Origin: an uncultured Poribacteria bacterium
Lineage (GTDB): Bacteria; Poribacteria; WGA-4E; WGA-3G
Length of the DNA: 64,000 nt
Direction of reading: 5' to 3'
Assembly (NCBI GenBank): GCA_951813565.1
Contig: OX638351.1
Location: 3,168,001-3,232,000 of the forward strand
Shown here: positions 60,757 through 64,000 of the stretch, piece after piece
Position numbering within the stretch: position 1 is the stretch's first letter
Layout of the letters: the number at the start of each line of letters is the position of its first letter
Program-made: the position numbers and the translations under genes
Notes under the pieces: model-generated
Databases searched by the model: none
What the model was told of the DNA's origin: nothing
Seen by the model: the letters and a program-made list of their open reading frames with translations, nothing else

Positions 60757-61893
60757 TTAATATTTTGCCATCATCTGTGTAAATTGTGAAAACAGGTAAC
60801 TTGCATCATGTGGACCGGGTGATGCTTCTGGATGATACTGTACAGAAAAAGCGGGATACTCTCTATGTTGTATCCCTTCAAGTGTGTTGTCATTTAAGTT
60901 GATGTGGGTTATATCTACGGTATTGGGAAGTGAATCTATATCAACGCAAAACCCGTGATTTTGGGAAGTTATCTCAACCTGATCAGTTTCCAGATATTTT
61001 ACAGGTTGATTTGCCCCCCGATGCCCAAACTTTAGTTTATAGGTTTTGCCACCGAGAGCCAGTCCCAAAAGTTGGTGTCCCAAACAGATGCCGAAAATCG
61101 GTTTTTTACCCAGCAATTCCTGTATCGTTTTTATCGCATAATCAAGCGGCATCGGATCTCCAGGGCCATTTGAGAGGAACACGCCATCAGGTTCCGCAGC
61201 GAGAATTTCTTCTGCAGTTGTTTTCGCAGGCACAACTTGGACTTCACAACCATGTTCTGTCAGCTGTCGTAAAATGTTGTATTTGATGCCGAAATCCATC
61301 GCAACCACACGGAATTTTCCATTTTCTGATAGATTTGAATCTCCTGATTGTAGCCCATTAGAACTTGATGGATGTTGATTCCACGCATACGGGTTCGGAC
61401 AGGTGACGCGTTGCACCATATCCCACCCTACTAAACCGTGCCATGCTTGTGCTTTTTCTATGAGGCTTGCTGCGTCAAGATTTCCATCGGCATCTTCTGT
61501 AGCGAGACAACCGTTCATTACACCGTGAACACGGAGACGGCGGGTTAGCGCACGCGTATCAATATTTTGAATTCCGATGATCTCGTTTTCGGCTAAGTAG
61601 GTGTCCAAACTCCATTTTGAACGCCAATTGCTATGATATGCGCTGTATTCACGCACTACGAATCCTTCTACTTGTGGACCGATAGATTCAATATCCGCTT
61701 CGTTACAACCGTAATTGCCAATTAACGGATAGGTCATGGTGACAATCTGCCCTTTATAGGACGGATCTGTTAGGACTTCCTGATACCCTGTCATACTTGT
61801 ATTGAAGACAACTTCCCCAACAGTTTCACCTGTCGCGCCAAACTGCTGTCCTTCAAAAACGGTTCCGTCCGCTAATGTGAGAATTGCTTTCAT
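60757..61893 (-). CDS. carA: Carbamoyl-phosphate synthase small subunit
   Basis: GEVVFNTSMTGYQE, SNGPGDP, GICLGHQ, QYHPEASPGP. Confidence 0.98.
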   Translation of the reverse strand: MKAILTLADGTVFEGQQFGATGETVGEVVFNTSMTGYQEVLTDPSYKGQIVTMTYPLIGNYGCNEADIESIGPQVEGFVVREYSAYHSNWRSKWSLDTYLAENEIIGIQNIDTRALTRRLRVHGVMNGCLATEDADGNLDAASLIEKAQAWHGLVGWDMVQRVTCPNPYAWNQHPSSSNGLQSGDSNLSENGKFRVVAMDFGIKYNILRQLTEHGCEVQVVPAKTTAEEILAAEPDGVFLSNGPGDPMPLDYAIKTIQELLGKKPIFGICLGHQLLGLALGGKTYKLKFGHRGANQPVKYLETDQVEITSQNHGFCVDIDSLPNTVDITHINLNDNTLEGIQHREYPAFSVQYHPEASPGPHDASYLFSQFTQMMAKY

Positions 61894-61915
61894 ATTTTCC
61901 TCTTTATTGGAATGT

Positions 61916-63202
61916 TTAGCTCTGAATTCCCTCTCGGATTGTCATCACTGACCATCCCTTAAGCTGCCAATCAGCAAAAGGTGTGTTTCGGCTTTTTGAA
62001 CACGATTTTTCTATGTCAACCTTTGCCACTTTTTGTGTATCAATTAGTGTGACATCTGCCACCGCACCGATAGAGAGTGTCCCACGATCTATTCCGACTA
62101 TTTCTGCTGGAATACATGTTAACTTTGCGATCGCATCTTTCAGTGTTAGATGTCCAGCATCAACCAAATATGTTAGTACAAGTGGCATACATGTCTCAAG
62201 TCCAATAATTCCGTTAGGCGCATCTTTCATTCCGAGTGCTTTTTCTTTTGGCGTATGTGGCGCGTGGTCAGTAGCGATTGCATCTATTGTGCCATCACGC
62301 AAGCCTTCAAGCACAGCGTCAATATCCTTTTGTGTCCGAAGCGGTGGATGCATTTTAGCGTTAGTTCCCTGTTTTTCAATCTCCGTATCAGTCAGAATCC
62401 AATGATGGGGGCACGCTTCTGCTGTAACGTTGACGCCTCGCTGTTTACCCCATCGCACTAATTCGACTGCTCCTGCCGTACTGACGTGTAAAATATGCAC
62501 ATGTCCGCCTGTTAATTCCGCGAGCATGATGTCGCGCGCTACGATAATATCCTCCGCTGCATTCGGGCTGCCCACGAGATTTAGTTTTCTTGATGTCTCA
62601 CCGAGATTCATCACTGCATCAGCATTCAAATTGTGCTCTTCACAGTGAACCATCACCGGAAAACCGAGTTCTGCACTTAACATTAATGCTTCATACATCA
62701 GTGCAGAATTCATGACGGTAACACCATCATCACTGACACCGACTGCTCCAGCAGAGAGCATGCCACGGATATCGGTTAGTTCTTCACCAGCAAGGTTTTT
62801 TGTTATACTACCCACCGGAAAAACGTTTGCTGTAGGAGATGTCTGTTGCTCCGAATTTCGATTTGCGATGTCATAAATGTGCTTAATCTTTTCAGGAGAA
62901 TCTGTTACCGGTGACGTGTTTGCCATGCAAACAACGGAGGTAAACCCGCCCGATGTTGCCGCTGCTGTCCCCGTGGTAATCGTCTCTTTATGCTCAAATC
63001 CGGGTTCACGCAGATGAACGTGCATGTCAATTAAACCGGGCGTAACGGTCAAGTCAGTTGCGTCAACAATGTTGTTGGCATCCGCCGCCAAATTTCTACC
63101 GACCTTAGCGATTTTACCATCAACGATAAGAATGTCGCCAACTTCATCAACGTTATTCGCCGGATCAATGATATGTCCATTGCCGATAAGCACACTCTCC
63201 AT
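61916..63202 (-). CDS. pyrC: Dihydroorotase
   Basis: DMHVHLREPG, HCE, HVST, ATDHAPH, SRNTPF. Confidence 0.95.
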   Translation of the reverse strand: MESVLIGNGHIIDPANNVDEVGDILIVDGKIAKVGRNLAADANNIVDATDLTVTPGLIDMHVHLREPGFEHKETITTGTAAATSGGFTSVVCMANTSPVTDSPEKIKHIYDIANRNSEQQTSPTANVFPVGSITKNLAGEELTDIRGMLSAGAVGVSDDGVTVMNSALMYEALMLSAELGFPVMVHCEEHNLNADAVMNLGETSRKLNLVGSPNAAEDIIVARDIMLAELTGGHVHILHVSTAGAVELVRWGKQRGVNVTAEACPHHWILTDTEIEKQGTNAKMHPPLRTQKDIDAVLEGLRDGTIDAIATDHAPHTPKEKALGMKDAPNGIIGLETCMPLVLTYLVDAGHLTLKDAIAKLTCIPAEIVGIDRGTLSIGAVADVTLIDTQKVAKVDIEKSCSKSRNTPFADWQLKGWSVMTIREGIQS

Positions 63203-63228
63203 CTTTTTGTGGTTTTACCTCCTACCCG

Positions 63229-63813
<585 letters not shown>

Positions 63814-63839
63814 TTACATCAAGGGTGTTATTTTGACCA

Positions 63840-63872
63840 TAAAAAAACCTCCTCACTAAAGAGTGAGAAGGG
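63840..63872 (-). terminator. Leader terminator (candidate attenuator) upstream of pyrR
   Basis: Minus strand reads CCTTCTCACT-CTTT-AGTGAGGAGG-TTTTTTT. Confidence 0.7.
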
Positions 63873-64000
63873 TGCAATTTAATATTTCTCTTTTACAGAT
63901 GGGATGTTTTAAAAGTAAAACCAATTTTGCAAGATTAGCAGGTATTTTTTGCTTCAATATGATTTTCTGTTGCGCAAAACATGTTTTTTGAAAACAGTCT

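Overview
A gene-dense bacterial chromosomal window of moderate GC, most likely Candidatus Poribacteria. That assignment is inferred from four LamG proteins ending in a VEPxxKxxTxWGxxK tail and the many sugar isomerase and oxidoreductase paralogs. Housekeeping genes include comEC, fdhD, nagA, nagB, purN, clpB, nadD-yacG-yqeK-rsfS, thiI, rnhC and pyrR-pyrC-carA-carB. One complete IS630 element with a -1 frameshift splits an ORF. Points of most interest: (1) The intergenic DNA is a nested assembly of small non-coding mobile elements: GTAG-headed REP hairpins, MITEs with several different end types, an ATGAAG...CTTCAT element that three times sits at the exact centre of a 3-nt REP loop with a 1-bp duplication, and 33-35 bp AATCAAC-leader hairpin units inserted at C^G, including into each other. 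(2) An ECF sigma/anti-sigma pair is followed by three paralogous proteins joining a TonB-type SHLS membrane anchor to vWA/MIDAS domains. (3) A UGSC selenoprotein is split by the ORF caller and has a SECIS-like hairpin. (4) clpB has a perfect sigma-54 promoter, and the window encodes an enhancer-binding protein with a pseudo-receiver domain. All calls are from reading the sequence by eye; no database searches were run.
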